A DNA stretch of 63,020 nucleotides, counting the filler, from Folioceros fuciformis (lineage: Eukaryota): NCBI GenBank assembly GCA_049999805.1. It is 4 parts of 3 records of this genome, joined end to end, with 100 filler letters (N's around TTAATTAATTAA, not from the genome) between each part and the next. Parts side by side here need not be neighbours in the genome. Positions count along the whole stretch, not along the records: positions 1 to 24,714 come from JBNGIO010006304.1; 3 more parts are not named here. One strand, written 5' to 3'. This document shows, in pieces, positions 13,381 through 24,714 of this stretch. The translations under genes were made by a program, and so were the position numbers. The notes under the pieces are model-generated. The model had not been told where the DNA came from, did not search any database, and saw only the letters and a list, made by a program, of their open reading frames with translations. Position 1 is the stretch's first letter; each line of letters opens with the position of its first letter.

Positions 13381-13904
13381 GCCTTGGACTTCGTAACCAT
13401 GGCTAAGTAGAAGGCCTATACGCCTAGCCTTGGACTTCGTAACCATGGCTAAGTAGAAGGCCTATACGCCTAGCCTTGGACTTCGTAACCATGGCTAAGT
13501 AGAAGGCCTATACGCCTGTCTCTGCTACTAGATCCTGTTGAGCCATTAGCTGTAATCCCCATCCATGGCTTGTGCTTTGGAGTTGGTTGCTAAGATCCTG
13601 TTGAGCCATTAGCTGTAATCCCCATCCATGGCTTGTGCTNNNNNNNNNNAGCCATTAGCTGTAATCCCCATCCATGGCTTGTGCTTTGGAGTTGGTCTAG
13701 CAACCTTGCATCTCGTTGACTCAACAAGGTGTGTGTGTTCAGTTTTCTGTCAACTATGTGATGCTATATTGTACTGTGTGATGCTGCATTGTGGCTACGA
13801 GACTCGAAGGATCAAGGAATGATGCTGCATTGTGGCTACGAGACTCGAAGGATCAAGGAATGATGCTGCATTGTGGCTACGAGACTCGAAGGATCAAGGA
13901 ATGA
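13381..13904. repeat. Cluster of three short tandem arrays (46 bp x3 at 13381-13517; ~60 bp x~3 at 13530-13700 with gap; 41 bp x3 at 13779-13904), possibly inside an LTR-like remnant
   Basis: Units gccttggacttcgtaaccatggctaagtagaaggcctatacgccta; gatcctgttgagccattagctgtaatccccatccatggcttgtgctttggagttgg; tgatgctgcattgtggctacgagactcgaaggatcaaggaa. Confidence 0.85.
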
Positions 13905-14307
13905 TACAACGTTAGCAACTGGATACAACATCAGCAACTGGAGGCACCCCACCGTATCAATCCCATCACGAGCTCTTGGCCACAACGTCACAAGTGCAGA
14001 AAGCGATCAAGTAACATCATCACTGGTCTGGGACCCTATGCATCTAGAAGTACTGATTGCTAGTCTGTGTAGGGGGACTATAGTTCTAGGAAGGCATAGC
14101 TCATCATTGACCTGTGGAATGGTATATGCCTAGTAGAGACGCTTTTACAGGTATCTCAGAGACGTACCCCTGGCTAACAGTGTAACCAGTATCCTACAAG
14201 AAGTATCCATACCTAAAACCTTTTTTTAAATAATAATGTCTTTTAAATCATTGTTTTGAGGAAAAAATGGTTTTCTACCTCCTCATAGTATAAGCGGTAG
14301 AGTAGGG

Positions 14308-17002
14308 TATGGAATACCGATGCGGACAGGATTGAAGGCTCATGTTTTTTTGGTTGGAATACGTATTTTATATGCAAATATTTCGTGGCATCCAAGAAAT
14401 ATTTCTCTACTCTACCTTGCCACATCATCCAACCATGCGTATACATCGTATAGCAATTTTTTTTTAAATACCTCTAACCTCTTTGTGGACCGAAAGGGAT
14501 ACAACGTTTTTCTTCATTTTGCTTCATATAGAGTATCTTCGAAGAATCGTCCCCATTGGACAGAGTGTGTTAAGATTTGTTTACGGGTGTTCTAGGTGGC
14601 ATAGCATTTTGGACAATTGGGAGCTCCCGCTCCGGATTCTAGAACTCTCGAGTGTTCCAGAAGGTGCCTCGTCGTGATGTGGGGATACACTCCGAATGGG
14701 AAGGGAAAAAGGTGGGTTTAGGGGTGTGCATGGAGGCGGTAAACGCTGAGGTTCGAAGCAAGGCTCTAAACCGTGGATGTAGCCCTAACCCTAACTAACT
14801 TAAAAAAAAGGAATGAGTGTGAATGGAGGAGACGGACAGGAACGCGAGGGATAAAACAAAGTAGGTGTCCCGATCGGGACACCTACTTTGTGCCCTATGA
14901 CTGAAGCGAGCACAAAACGTTATGTCCAAACTATTTGCATTGTATACTGCCGTCCTAAAATTTGTATGAAAGAACTCCAGTCCGTATTAGTATTCCACAG
15001 ACCGACTAGGACGTGAGGGATAAAACAAAGTAGGCATCCCAATCAGGACACCTACTTTGTGCCCTATGACCGAAGCGGGCACAAACGTTATGTCTAAACT
15101 ATTTGCATTGTATACTGCCGTCCTAAAATTTGTATGAAAGAACTCCAGTCCGTATTAGTATTCCACAAACCGACTAGGACGTGAGGGATAAAACAAAGTA
15201 GGCATCCCAATCGGGACACCTACTTTGTGCCCTATGACCGAAGCGGGCACAAACGTTATGTCTAAACTGTTTGCATCGTATACTACCCTATGACTGAAGC
15301 GGGCACAAAACGTTATGTCCAAACTGTTTGCACCGTATANNNNNNNNNNGGCACAAAACGTTATGTCCAAACTGTTTGCACCGTATACTACCCTATGATC
15401 GAAGCGGGCACAAAACGTTATGTCCAAACTGTTTGCACCGTATACTGCCCTATAACTGAAGCGGGCACAAACGTCATGTCCAAACTGTTTGCATCGTATA
15501 CCACCGCCCTAAAATTTCTATGAAAGAACCCATGTCCATATCGGTATTCTTTACAATCTCCAAGGGCTATTTTTTTTAAGTTAAACTAGGAGGCCTAAAT
15601 TCATGGTGGATAAAAAAATAGTGCCCAGACATTCTATTTTTTTAATACATAAATCAAAATTAAACTAACTATCTACAACCCTATTATGGAATATTATGAA
15701 TTTGAGGGCGGCGATATACACTGCAAACAGTTTGGACATAACGTTTGTAGCCGCTTTAGTCATAGGGCACAAAGTAGGTATCAGTTTGGACATAACGTTT
15801 GTGTCCGCTTTAGTCATAGGGCACAAAGTAGGTATCAGTTTGGACATAACGTTTGTGCCCGCTTCAGTCATAAGGCACAACGTAGGTATTCCGATCGGGA
15901 TGCCTACTTTGTTTTATCCCTCACGTCCTATCCGTTTGTGGAATACTGATACGGACAAGGGTTTTTTCATACAAATTTTAAGGCAGCGGTATACCGTAGG
16001 TATCGCGATTGGGATGCCTACTTTGTTTTATTCCTCACGTCCTAGTCTGTCTGTGGAATACTGATACGGACATGGCTTCTTTCATACAAGTTTTAGGGCG
16101 GCGGTATACCGTAGGTATCCCGATTGGGATGCCTACTTTGTTTTATCCCTCACGTCCTAGTCCGTCTGTGGAATACTAATACGGACTGGGGTTCTTTCAT
16201 ACAAATTTTAGGACGGCAGTATACAANNNNNNNNNNGTTCTTTCATACAAATTTTAGGACGGCAGTATACAATGCAAATAGTTTGGACATAACGTTTGTG
16301 CGTGCTTCGGTCATATGGCACAAAGTAGGTGTCCCGATCAGGACACTTACTTTGTTTTATCCCTCACATCCTGGTTCGTCTCCTCCACTTACACTCATTC
16401 CTTTTTTTTAGTTAGTTAGGGTTAGGGCCGCATCCACGGTTTAGAGCCTTGCTTCGGACCTCAGCGTTCACTGCCTTCATGCACACCCCTAACCCCACAC
16501 CCCTAAACCCACCTCTCTCCCTTCCCATTCGGAGTGTATTCCCACATCACGATGAGGCACCTTTTGGAACACCCGAGAGTTCCAGAATCGGGAGCGGGAG
16601 CTCCCGATTGTCCTCCCGCTCCCGATTGTCCCGAAATGCTGTGCCACCTAGAACACCCGTAAACGAATCTTAACACACTCTATCCAATGGGGACGATTCT
16701 TTAAAGATACTCTATATGAAGTAGAACACCCATAAACGAATCTTAACACACTTTGTTCTATGGGGATGATTCTTTAAAGACACTCTATATGAAGCAAAAT
16801 AAAGAAAAAGGCTGTGTCCCTTTCGGTCCACAAAGAGGTTAGAGGTATTTTAAAAAAATTGCTATACGGTGTATACACAAGGTTGGATGATGTGGCGATG
16901 TAGAGTAATATTCCTTAGATGCCATGGAATATTTATATATAAAATATATATTCCTATAAAAGAAACGTGAGGCTGTAGTCCGTGTCCGCATCGTATTCCA
17001 TA
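14308..17002. mobile_element. Non-autonomous foldback-type DNA element: ~1.25 kb modular inverted arms around a ~135 bp AT-rich spacer
   Basis: Left end tatggaataccgatgcggaca mirrors right end tgtccgcatcgtattccata; 14480-14830 mirrors 16380-16900; inner 168 bp and ~58 bp tandem modules are mirrored; spacer ~15550-15685; no transposase ORF and no TSD found. Confidence 0.8.
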
Positions 17003-17646
17003 AGACTGAGCATCACTTAAATGTAAAATGTCTTGAGATGTTAAGAAGAAAGAAAAGTGGCTGTCGGACCCCGGCTAAAACTAATTTCCGGATCCCCATC
17101 GGGTTATGCAAGAATGGCCCTCATTAATTGAAAAGACATGTGCCACTTGCTTTTTGCCATTTGGCTGGGGTCATGTAGAAGCAGCTGGTGCAAATATCAG
17201 TTGGGACTCCATAAGAAGAGCACGAGGCACGCAGGAACAGGGACTTGTTATTGAAGAACTTGTTGGACGAATTTCCTTGGTCACCGGGCTGAAATATAAT
17301 CATTATAAAATAATAAAATATAGGATAGCTATTCAATCTCTACTGTCAATCAAACGGGTGCACGATGGCTAACCACCACGAATCTATCAGAGGGAATCAA
17401 GGCCACTCCGAGCAATGCCGGAGAGGCAGACATCTGTCCATCGCAACTCTAGAATTGTGTGCCCCAGTGAGTGCCAGCGATGCAGACTGGTTTTCCGGAT
17501 TTCCATCGTGAGAACCCACTTCCGCGACGAGCAGGTTCAGTGCATTGCTGGTTTCCGTCCTGCGTGACTGCAAAGTCCTGGAGGAAGAAGGGCTTGGACG
17601 ATGGGCTGAGGAAGGTGGCTTCCGGGGGGAGGGGGAAGTTCCCAGA

Positions 17647-18819
17647 ATGGCAGGCAGCAGGAGAGCTGCTGCTGGATTTGGTGGGTTATTTTTCCTCGCC
17701 TTGCACTGCTTGCAGCTGCTGCTACTGGAAGCGAAAAGTGCGAAAAGTGCGAGTGGCGAGCGATTAGCAGCAACCTACCAGGACATTCCGTCCGGGACAT
17801 ACTCCATCTGGCAGATTCCGCCATCTCCCGCAGCTGTCCTGTTTTTGGCTCACGGGCATGGGCACCAGAGAGCCGAGGATTTCTGGGACCCCAGCCCCGA
17901 CTGCGCCATCTGCTCCAGCCTTCCGGAGGAGCGGCTGGTGGTGCAGGCTGCCATGGCTCGCCGCTATGCAGTCATCTCCATTCAGGCCAGCGGCTGGGGG
18001 TGGGGCCTGAGCCTGGACCCGGAAACCAATCCCAATCTCTGCACGGTGTGCCAATTTCTGCGATCCTGGATGGAGGAGCACCAGCTTGAGCACCTTCCGC
18101 TCACCGCGCTCGGCTTCTCCCTTGGCGCCATGTTCGTCAGCGTGCTGGGCACCCAGCTGGAACTGCGGGGCATTCTGCTCATGGGCTACTACGCATTCGA
18201 CGGCGCGGTTGAGGCCGCCGAACCTCCTTCCTACCCCCCAAGCCTCTTCATATACGTGCGTTCCTTCGGTTACCTCCAAATTTCGCAAGCAGCTCCGATG
18301 TTCACGTGGCGTGGTGCAATTTCGTCTCACTCACCTGTTTTTTAACAGATGCCGAAGGACTCCAGCAGTGCAGAGAAACTGCTGGGCCAGATGCAGGTGT
18401 TGGCCGGGAAGGGCATCGCTGTCCAATCCATCGCATGTGACCCTGTTCCCATCAACGCCACCTACTTCACCGAGAGGATTCCCGGCTTGGGAGGAGATGT
18501 TTCCGCTTCAGTGCACAAGGCGCTGCTGGCGGGAAACTACCTCGACCCCGAAGGCTTCCTCACCGTGCCTGCGCCTGTGGGCTGGGACGCTTACTCCTCC
18601 TGGGAGTGGAATATCTTCGCGGAATCCCTGCTTGTTGCACAGGACATATCCTACTTGCGGTGGGTTCGAGAGGTGGGCGAGGAGCTCAGCCTGGCATACG
18701 CCTTCCATGTCTTCACCAGCTTGCACACGACTCAAATGCTGGATTGGCTAGATTCCACATGGAATCCCGTGACCCAGCAGCAGCTAACGCTTCCACTCTA
18801 TCGTGGTTTTCTGAAATAA
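17647..18819 (+). CDS. Uncharacterised plant alpha/beta-hydrolase-fold protein, two exons (17647-18255, 18349-18819), 359 aa, hydrophobic N-terminal segment
   Basis: WQIPPSPAAVLFLAHG...FWDPSPDC..C..LPEER motif, nucleophile elbow GFSLG, phase-0 GT-AG intron joining YPPSLFIY to MPKD, and C-terminal EELSLAYAFHVFTS. Confidence 0.8.
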
Positions 18820-20300
18820 GTGGTGAAATCCAGGAGGCCATGCATTACTGTGCGCATGGGTTTTCTGGTGCATTGCTGACTCATCGCTTGCATGTGTTTG
18901 CAGTTGATATCTCCTGTCAGTATGAGTGGTGTGGTGCCCGATGCTCCTAATGTGACTGTTTCTAAGCGCAGCTGCATTTGCACTGTGAAACTGCAGTAGG
19001 TTTGTGCTGATTCATCAACTGAATGTGATTTTACCTGGGATATGCTGGGAACCTGCCAGTGTCCTCTTGCTATCCTAAATCAGGTTGAGACTTGAGCCGT
19101 CTTCAGAGAGGTAAAGTCCAATCCTGGTACTTTCTATTTCCCTTAGTTAAATGGGTACATTGAATGGCCAGTGTTCATCCCTACGTATGATCCCACACTT
19201 GTTGATAGGTAGGCGCAGCCCGAATACCATCCCTAACTCCTTTGTGAAACTCTGGTGCAATATATCAGCCGCAGCGTCGAAGACAGTGAGAACATCTGGG
19301 CTAACAACTGCTGCGGTCTTACTGTGTCCAGATAGTGGATTACGTGCTGAAGGGACAGCAACTGATGAGATATTTGGTTATTAGTTCACAATGCAGTAGT
19401 GCTGTCAAAAATAGAAAAGGGTGCTTGCTTACCTATTCTGCGTCACGAGTGTGATCGAATAAGCGTCTTTTGTGGAAAGGTAAGCAAAGCTCGAACACCA
19501 CCTGAGATCTGGATCCATTTATTGGCACAGCCATGCGTGGATATAATGTCCCAGTGGGGGCCATCCACCTTTTGTAATGTTATTTTGAGCTGAAGTTGTA
19601 CTGCTGTCATCTCGTGACCAGTCTCGTGGAGAATTTCAACGCATAAAATCTTCTCAGCCAGCCAGCACCAGGGCTTGCTGCTTTAAATGAAAGCACAATG
19701 CTGGTATCACAAGCACAAGACACCATATTATGCTCAGAGGATCTAGGAGCCTGCTGGGAAAATGAGGACCAATTTGAATCAAGTACATGGCTTCGCATCA
19801 CTCTTGCATCTGTCTCCTGATTGTTGTCATGAAACGTTATCAGCTGCGTTCTGCTGTCAACGAATGATGAAAAGAGAACTACAAATAAACGACGATGTGG
19901 GGCTGCAATTATGTGCTTATGCTCCAAATGCATGTCCCCTGTCATGGATGGCATATTCTACAACATACGGTAGAAGAAATTTAGCTAAAATTCCCTCGTC
20001 TGCACTCCGGCCCAAGCACGTAAGAGTAGTCTGACGGAGCCGGTCTCCTCTCCCTCAGGCAACTGTACCCTGAATAACTGGGGTATCGAGTCTACGATTT
20101 GTCTTCAAAATAATCGGAGTTCCCACGGGGCCTGCAGAGCCCTCTCTCCCAACTCCAAGGTTGTGACCAGTCATCTCATTCCACGGTTCATTTCTAGGTC
20201 AGGGTTTAAGTCACTCCCGCAGGATATCGATGTAGGTGTGTTTAGGACGCCAGATGTTCCACAAATGCCATTCTCATTTGTTGCTAGCAACTCAGGTCGT
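18790..20300. pseudogene. Rearranged partial duplicate of the neighbouring Rab3GAP locus (direct copy of ~7719-8121; inverted copy of ~10277-11285; direct copy of ~12813-12895)
   Basis: ttgcagttgatatctcctgtcagtatgagtggtgt at both ~7827 and ~18898; 19230-19340 is the reverse complement of 11173-11285; introns retained; frameshifts and stops present. Confidence 0.9.
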
Positions 20301-20599
20301 TCAGCAACGAGACTTCCGATTTACCAATTGCACTCTTGTCAGAGGAAAGTGGACTGAACACGTCACAGCCCCGAGCTCAGAATCTGTGGTACACAAAGAA
20401 GACATGCAGCTCCATATGCACTACAGTAGGTTCAGTTGGCCATGGGGCTTTCCACTCTGTGAACACATTCTGACCCAGACAGTCCTCGCGGTAGAACTGG
20501 GGTTCAGTACCTGAAAGGTGATTTAGGACGAGAGCCTCTGACCCACACACAGTCTAGAATTCCAGCGCTTGATAATGCACAGCGACGGACACTGCAAAA

Positions 20600-21175
20600 C
20601 CTTCTATCAACCCATGACGACATTGTAGCGGAGGTGTCTGGCTAGACCAAGGTTGGTGAGGGTTCGGACACTGTCTGTGGTCCATTCAGTCGGGCCACTC
20701 CGATGGACGGATAGTTCGGGTTGCACTGGGGACAGGGCTGGCAGGACAGGTGTCTGTCCATATTCCCGCACATTGCAGACCAGACTATTCGCAAGCTGTG
20801 CACATAATTTAGTAGTGTAACGACACCCACCGGATTCGTGAAACCTCCACAACAAACACGTGGCGATCTCTAGAAACCTGTGATGCTCAGCATGTCTGAG
20901 GTCTGAGGGGTTGAAGCTGCAGACGAAGTCCATGTGGTCGTTGAGATCGGTGCCGGAAACGAGGCCTGGACGAAGAACGCCGCCGGATTGAACGTGGCCA
21001 GATTCGAAGCTTGCGCACTAACTATGTACGCTGTTGGCCGGGCACCCGGAGACGCAAGTTTTGCTGGGAGAGCGATCAATGGTTTGGGCATACCTGTGAT
21101 CAGAGTTGCCAGCATCAGGGCCCCAGTCAGGATGAACAGCTTTAATCAGCGCACCGACGCCTGTGGTATGAGGGC
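20600..21175 (-). pseudogene. Subtilisin-like serine protease (plant subtilase) C-terminal remnant
   Basis: Minus-strand frames give PHTTGVGALIKAVHPDWGP, SGHVQSGGVLRPGLV...DHMDFVCSF and NPNYPSIGVARLNGPQTV/RTLTNLG, which are S8 C-terminal and Fn3-like motifs broken by stops and frameshifts. Confidence 0.8.
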
Positions 21176-21450
21176 TTAACTGCTTGCAAGGGTGTGCCAG
21201 CTAATATGTGCTTCTCGTGCGTATGAAAGCCTGTGGGTTGAATTTCCAGCAGGAGCTTCGTCCTGGGCTGTCCTGAAAACACTCCGGGTTGGGAGACACA
21301 GGCTGGGTTCGCATGAACCTAAACCCGGGATAGAATATATGACGTGGTGAAAAGTATAAAACCTAGCCACACTAAAATCAAGAAAGTAACTGCATGTAGT
21401 TCGAGTCGAATGTTTTCCGGGTCCGTTTGTAAGTGCCTGACAAATCCTTG

Positions 21451-21645
21451 ATGTCGGACGAACAAACAGATAATAAATCCCTTGCCCGGCATACCCAAGA
21501 AATATTAGGTGGGGCATGTCGGACGAACAAATAGATAATGAATCCCTTGCCCGGCATACCCAAGAAATATTAGGTGGGGCATGTCGGACGAACAAACAGA
21601 TAATGAATCCCTTGCCCGGCATAGCCGAGAAATATCAGGTGGGGT
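21451..21645. repeat. 65 bp tandem repeat x3
   Basis: atgtcggacgaacaaacagataat(a/g)aatcccttgcccggcatacccaagaaatattaggtggggc at 21451, 21516 and 21581. Confidence 0.9.
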
Positions 21646-22229
21646 CTTATGGAAACTAAATTGAACTTAGGAATCCCTTATTTCTAGTTTTCTAGGTTAT
21701 TATTAAGGTCATCCTCAAGGCTTAGGGTGCGATCAGGGCTTACGAGAATTTTTTTTTTTTTTGTAGATGCACCACCTCCTGCACTACAATGGAATTGTAG
21801 GAAGTCAAAGTAAACTTTCAAATAGACTACAATATAAGGGAGGACCCTATAAGGAGCCTTGCAATAATACACACAATATTCAACAAAGAGAGACTAAATC
21901 ATAGAGAAAACTAGTAAGATGATTGGTCTCCACCAAAGTGCATTGGCGGCACAAAGACCAAGGCACACACAAATACCAACAAACAGCTCAAGCCTATACA
22001 ACAAGGCTCAAGGGTGGAGCTTAAAAGCTCCTTGGGTGTATGAAGGGCAAGGTGCCATGTATTGCAATTGGGATCTAATAAAAGATGAGGGTCTTCTCTT
22101 ATAGTTTTAGCCAACACTAAAGATGGATTCCTTCAACATTAAAGAATGCCCCTAGAAATCCTAGGCAGCTAACATCCATTGTAACGTTGAGCCCTTGCTT
22201 TCATGCCGTTGAGCCCTTGCTTTCATGCC

Positions 22230-24416
22230 AATTATAGAGACTCCTTTTTCAAGTTAGCACCAGGGGACTTAGTCCTCCTACATGATAGCCGGAATATGGA
22301 TTTTCTAGGGAAGCTTCGCCTACGATGGATGGGGCCTTATGAGGTAGTCCGAGTGTATAACAATGGATCAGTACAGCTCAAGGAGTTGGGAGCGGGTTGG
22401 CTACCGACAAGGGTGAAAAGATGGAAGGTGAAGAAATATTGGCAGTCTCAAACATCGTTAGATGTTCGAGTGGTCGCAAACAATTGAGAAGGGAGGCATG
22501 TGGAATGTGGGTTTTTGGCAAGTACCCGCAATTGGTAGTGAGTGGCTAACAACGTTTTCAGTTTTGTTTGGTCTTGATTTGGTAGGTTAGATGAGTGGCA
22601 AAAATAAGGGGTAGTATTATAAAGAAGTTACCTTCTTTGGGATGGCTACCTATAGGGAAGTATGTCCACATAGGGAGGATAGGTATCTATGTAGGAGGTA
22701 GTCCCTAAATAAGAAATATAGTTGCGAAGGGCAAGCTACCTACAGAAAAGGGACACCTGCGTAGGGTATCTATTAAGGGCGGTTACTACATATAGAAGTA
22801 TACCTATGGCAAGAGGGTATTTAAAGGGGGATCTTGACCTAAGGTGTCCCATCAACGAAGAATGCTCACCTTCATGTAGTGAACTACATCTACCTACATA
22901 GCGGAGAACAAAGAAGTAGTAGTGTGACAAAACACCTACGCCGGGTTCTTACTTGTTGTGGCCAAGTGGACTCAGAGCAAGAGAAAGGACTTTGCTGTGG
23001 TGAGAGCCATAGGAAGGAACGATGCAGGGGCATGAAATAAGTTGTACAGAGATTCACAAGCTAGGAGCAATTGCCTATGGAGGTAGGGGTATAGATTTGC
23101 GTAAAGGAGAGGAATCGCCGTTCCTGGGGTTTTGTTCCATCAACGATGGCACAAACCTCCAACAACACTCAGAGGGGTTCGAGTAGTAAGGGACATCCCA
23201 CGAGGGCAGCCAGCTCTCCCAGAACCAATGTTCCAATCTCTTCTTGCTTTGGGGCCAATTGAACTCAAGGGATTTGATAAACCTACGGACTTGGGCATGT
23301 AAAGCAAACATCCAGCTTGACTGGATATATGGCGGACATTGGTCGTATATTCATGAAGGCTTGGTGAAGGAGTGTTATGCCAACCTACGACAATCAAAGG
23401 AGGAGTTGGAAGCCCTACTTGAATGAAACGTGAGGACTAACCCTCGATGTTGGAATGTCTAGAGCATCCGGCAAGTGTACGGTAGGTCGGAAGAGGAGAG
23501 TGATGGTATTGGGATCTTGGATAGAACCATAGATGGGTGGAGGTCACCTAGCGCCACCCTACCACTTGGAGCACTAGAATTGATGTTGGGAGGGGAGCTG
23601 GCAAGAACAAAGAACGGGTGGAGGACCGAGAGGATCAAGAAGTTCAAATGATGATTGTTCACTAAGGTGGTTCTTGGATTAGTGAACTATCAACGTACCT
23701 CATATTTCAGCAATGCTTTCCTCCACTTCCTTTGGAGAGTGACTCAAGGAGCAAAGCCATATTAGAGGTTAATTATGTATGAGGCGTATACCTACCACAG
23801 GCAAAAGTTGCTCAAGCCAAATGGAAGGGATGAGGGGAGTGCACGTCCTTGCTATCTCTCGACTTATTTGGTGCACTTATGGAAGACAGAAAGGTTGTTC
23901 CACCTCCTCCAACTCCTCTTGTTTCAACAACCCTTCTGTCTTCCATAAGTGCACCAAATAAGTCGAGAGATAGCAAAGATGTGCACTCCCCTCATCCCTT
24001 CCATTTGGCTTGAGCAACTTTCGCCTATGGTAGGTATACGCCTCATAAATAATTAACCCCTAATCTGGCTTTGCTCCTTGAGTCACTCTCCAAAGGAAGT
24101 GGAGGAAAGCATTGCTGAAATATGAGATACGTTGATAGTTCACTAATCCAAGAACCACCTTAATGAACAACCGCCATTTGAGTTCCTTGATCCTCTCCGT
24201 CCTCCACCCGTTCTTGGTTCTTGCTAGCTCCCCTCCCAACATCAATTCTAGTGCTTGAAGTGGTAGGGTGGCGCTAGGTGACCTCCACCCATCTATGGTT
24301 TTATCCAAGATCCCAATACCATCACTCTCCCCTTCAGACCTATTGTACACCTGTCGGATGCTCCGGACATTCCAACATCGAGGGTCAGTCATCACGTTTC
24401 GTTCAAGTAGGGCTTC
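22230..24416 (+). mobile_element. Ty3/Gypsy (Athila-like) remnant: integrase C-terminus, polypurine tract, apparent 3' LTR from 22499, with internal fold-back inversion
   Basis: PGDLVLLHDSR...GKLRLRWMGPYEV...NGSVQL (22203-22487); purine tract gagaagggagg 22486-22496 followed by TG at 22499; same sequence recurs inverted at 42860-44448. Confidence 0.75.
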
Positions 24417-24714
24417 TGTGAACAAAAAAAACTTTCGGAACCCCCATTTTGAGCGACGGAATGAGCATGTTGTGATTTTTTTTGTGAAGGGATAGGCGAA
24501 TCGGGTTAGTAGGTAAGTAAGACCAAGGTGTTTATGCCCAAAGTCCCTCTTGGGCTTCAGGGTTTGGGGTGTACTGTAGACCGGGACAAGGAGGGGGAAT
24601 GAGCGAGTGCCTCCTTGGCCCTCGGGAGAACATTAAGGACCAGGTCTGTAGGTAGGTGAGTGGGGTATGTCCTTGGCCTTTGGTGATCCGGGGCCCCTTA
24701 GGTCTCTATATATG

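Noticed and set aside
13106..14179. Solo LTR (TGTT...AACA)
   Set aside because: No matching target-site duplication, PBS or PPT could be confirmed
14840..16350. CRISPR-like array of palindromic repeats
   Set aside because: Sequences between the palindromes are themselves repeated (no unique spacers), there are no cas genes, and the context is plant nuclear
17160..17200. SWCKYQ motif reminiscent of Mutator-like transposases
   Set aside because: Six residues only, no supporting frame; likely chance
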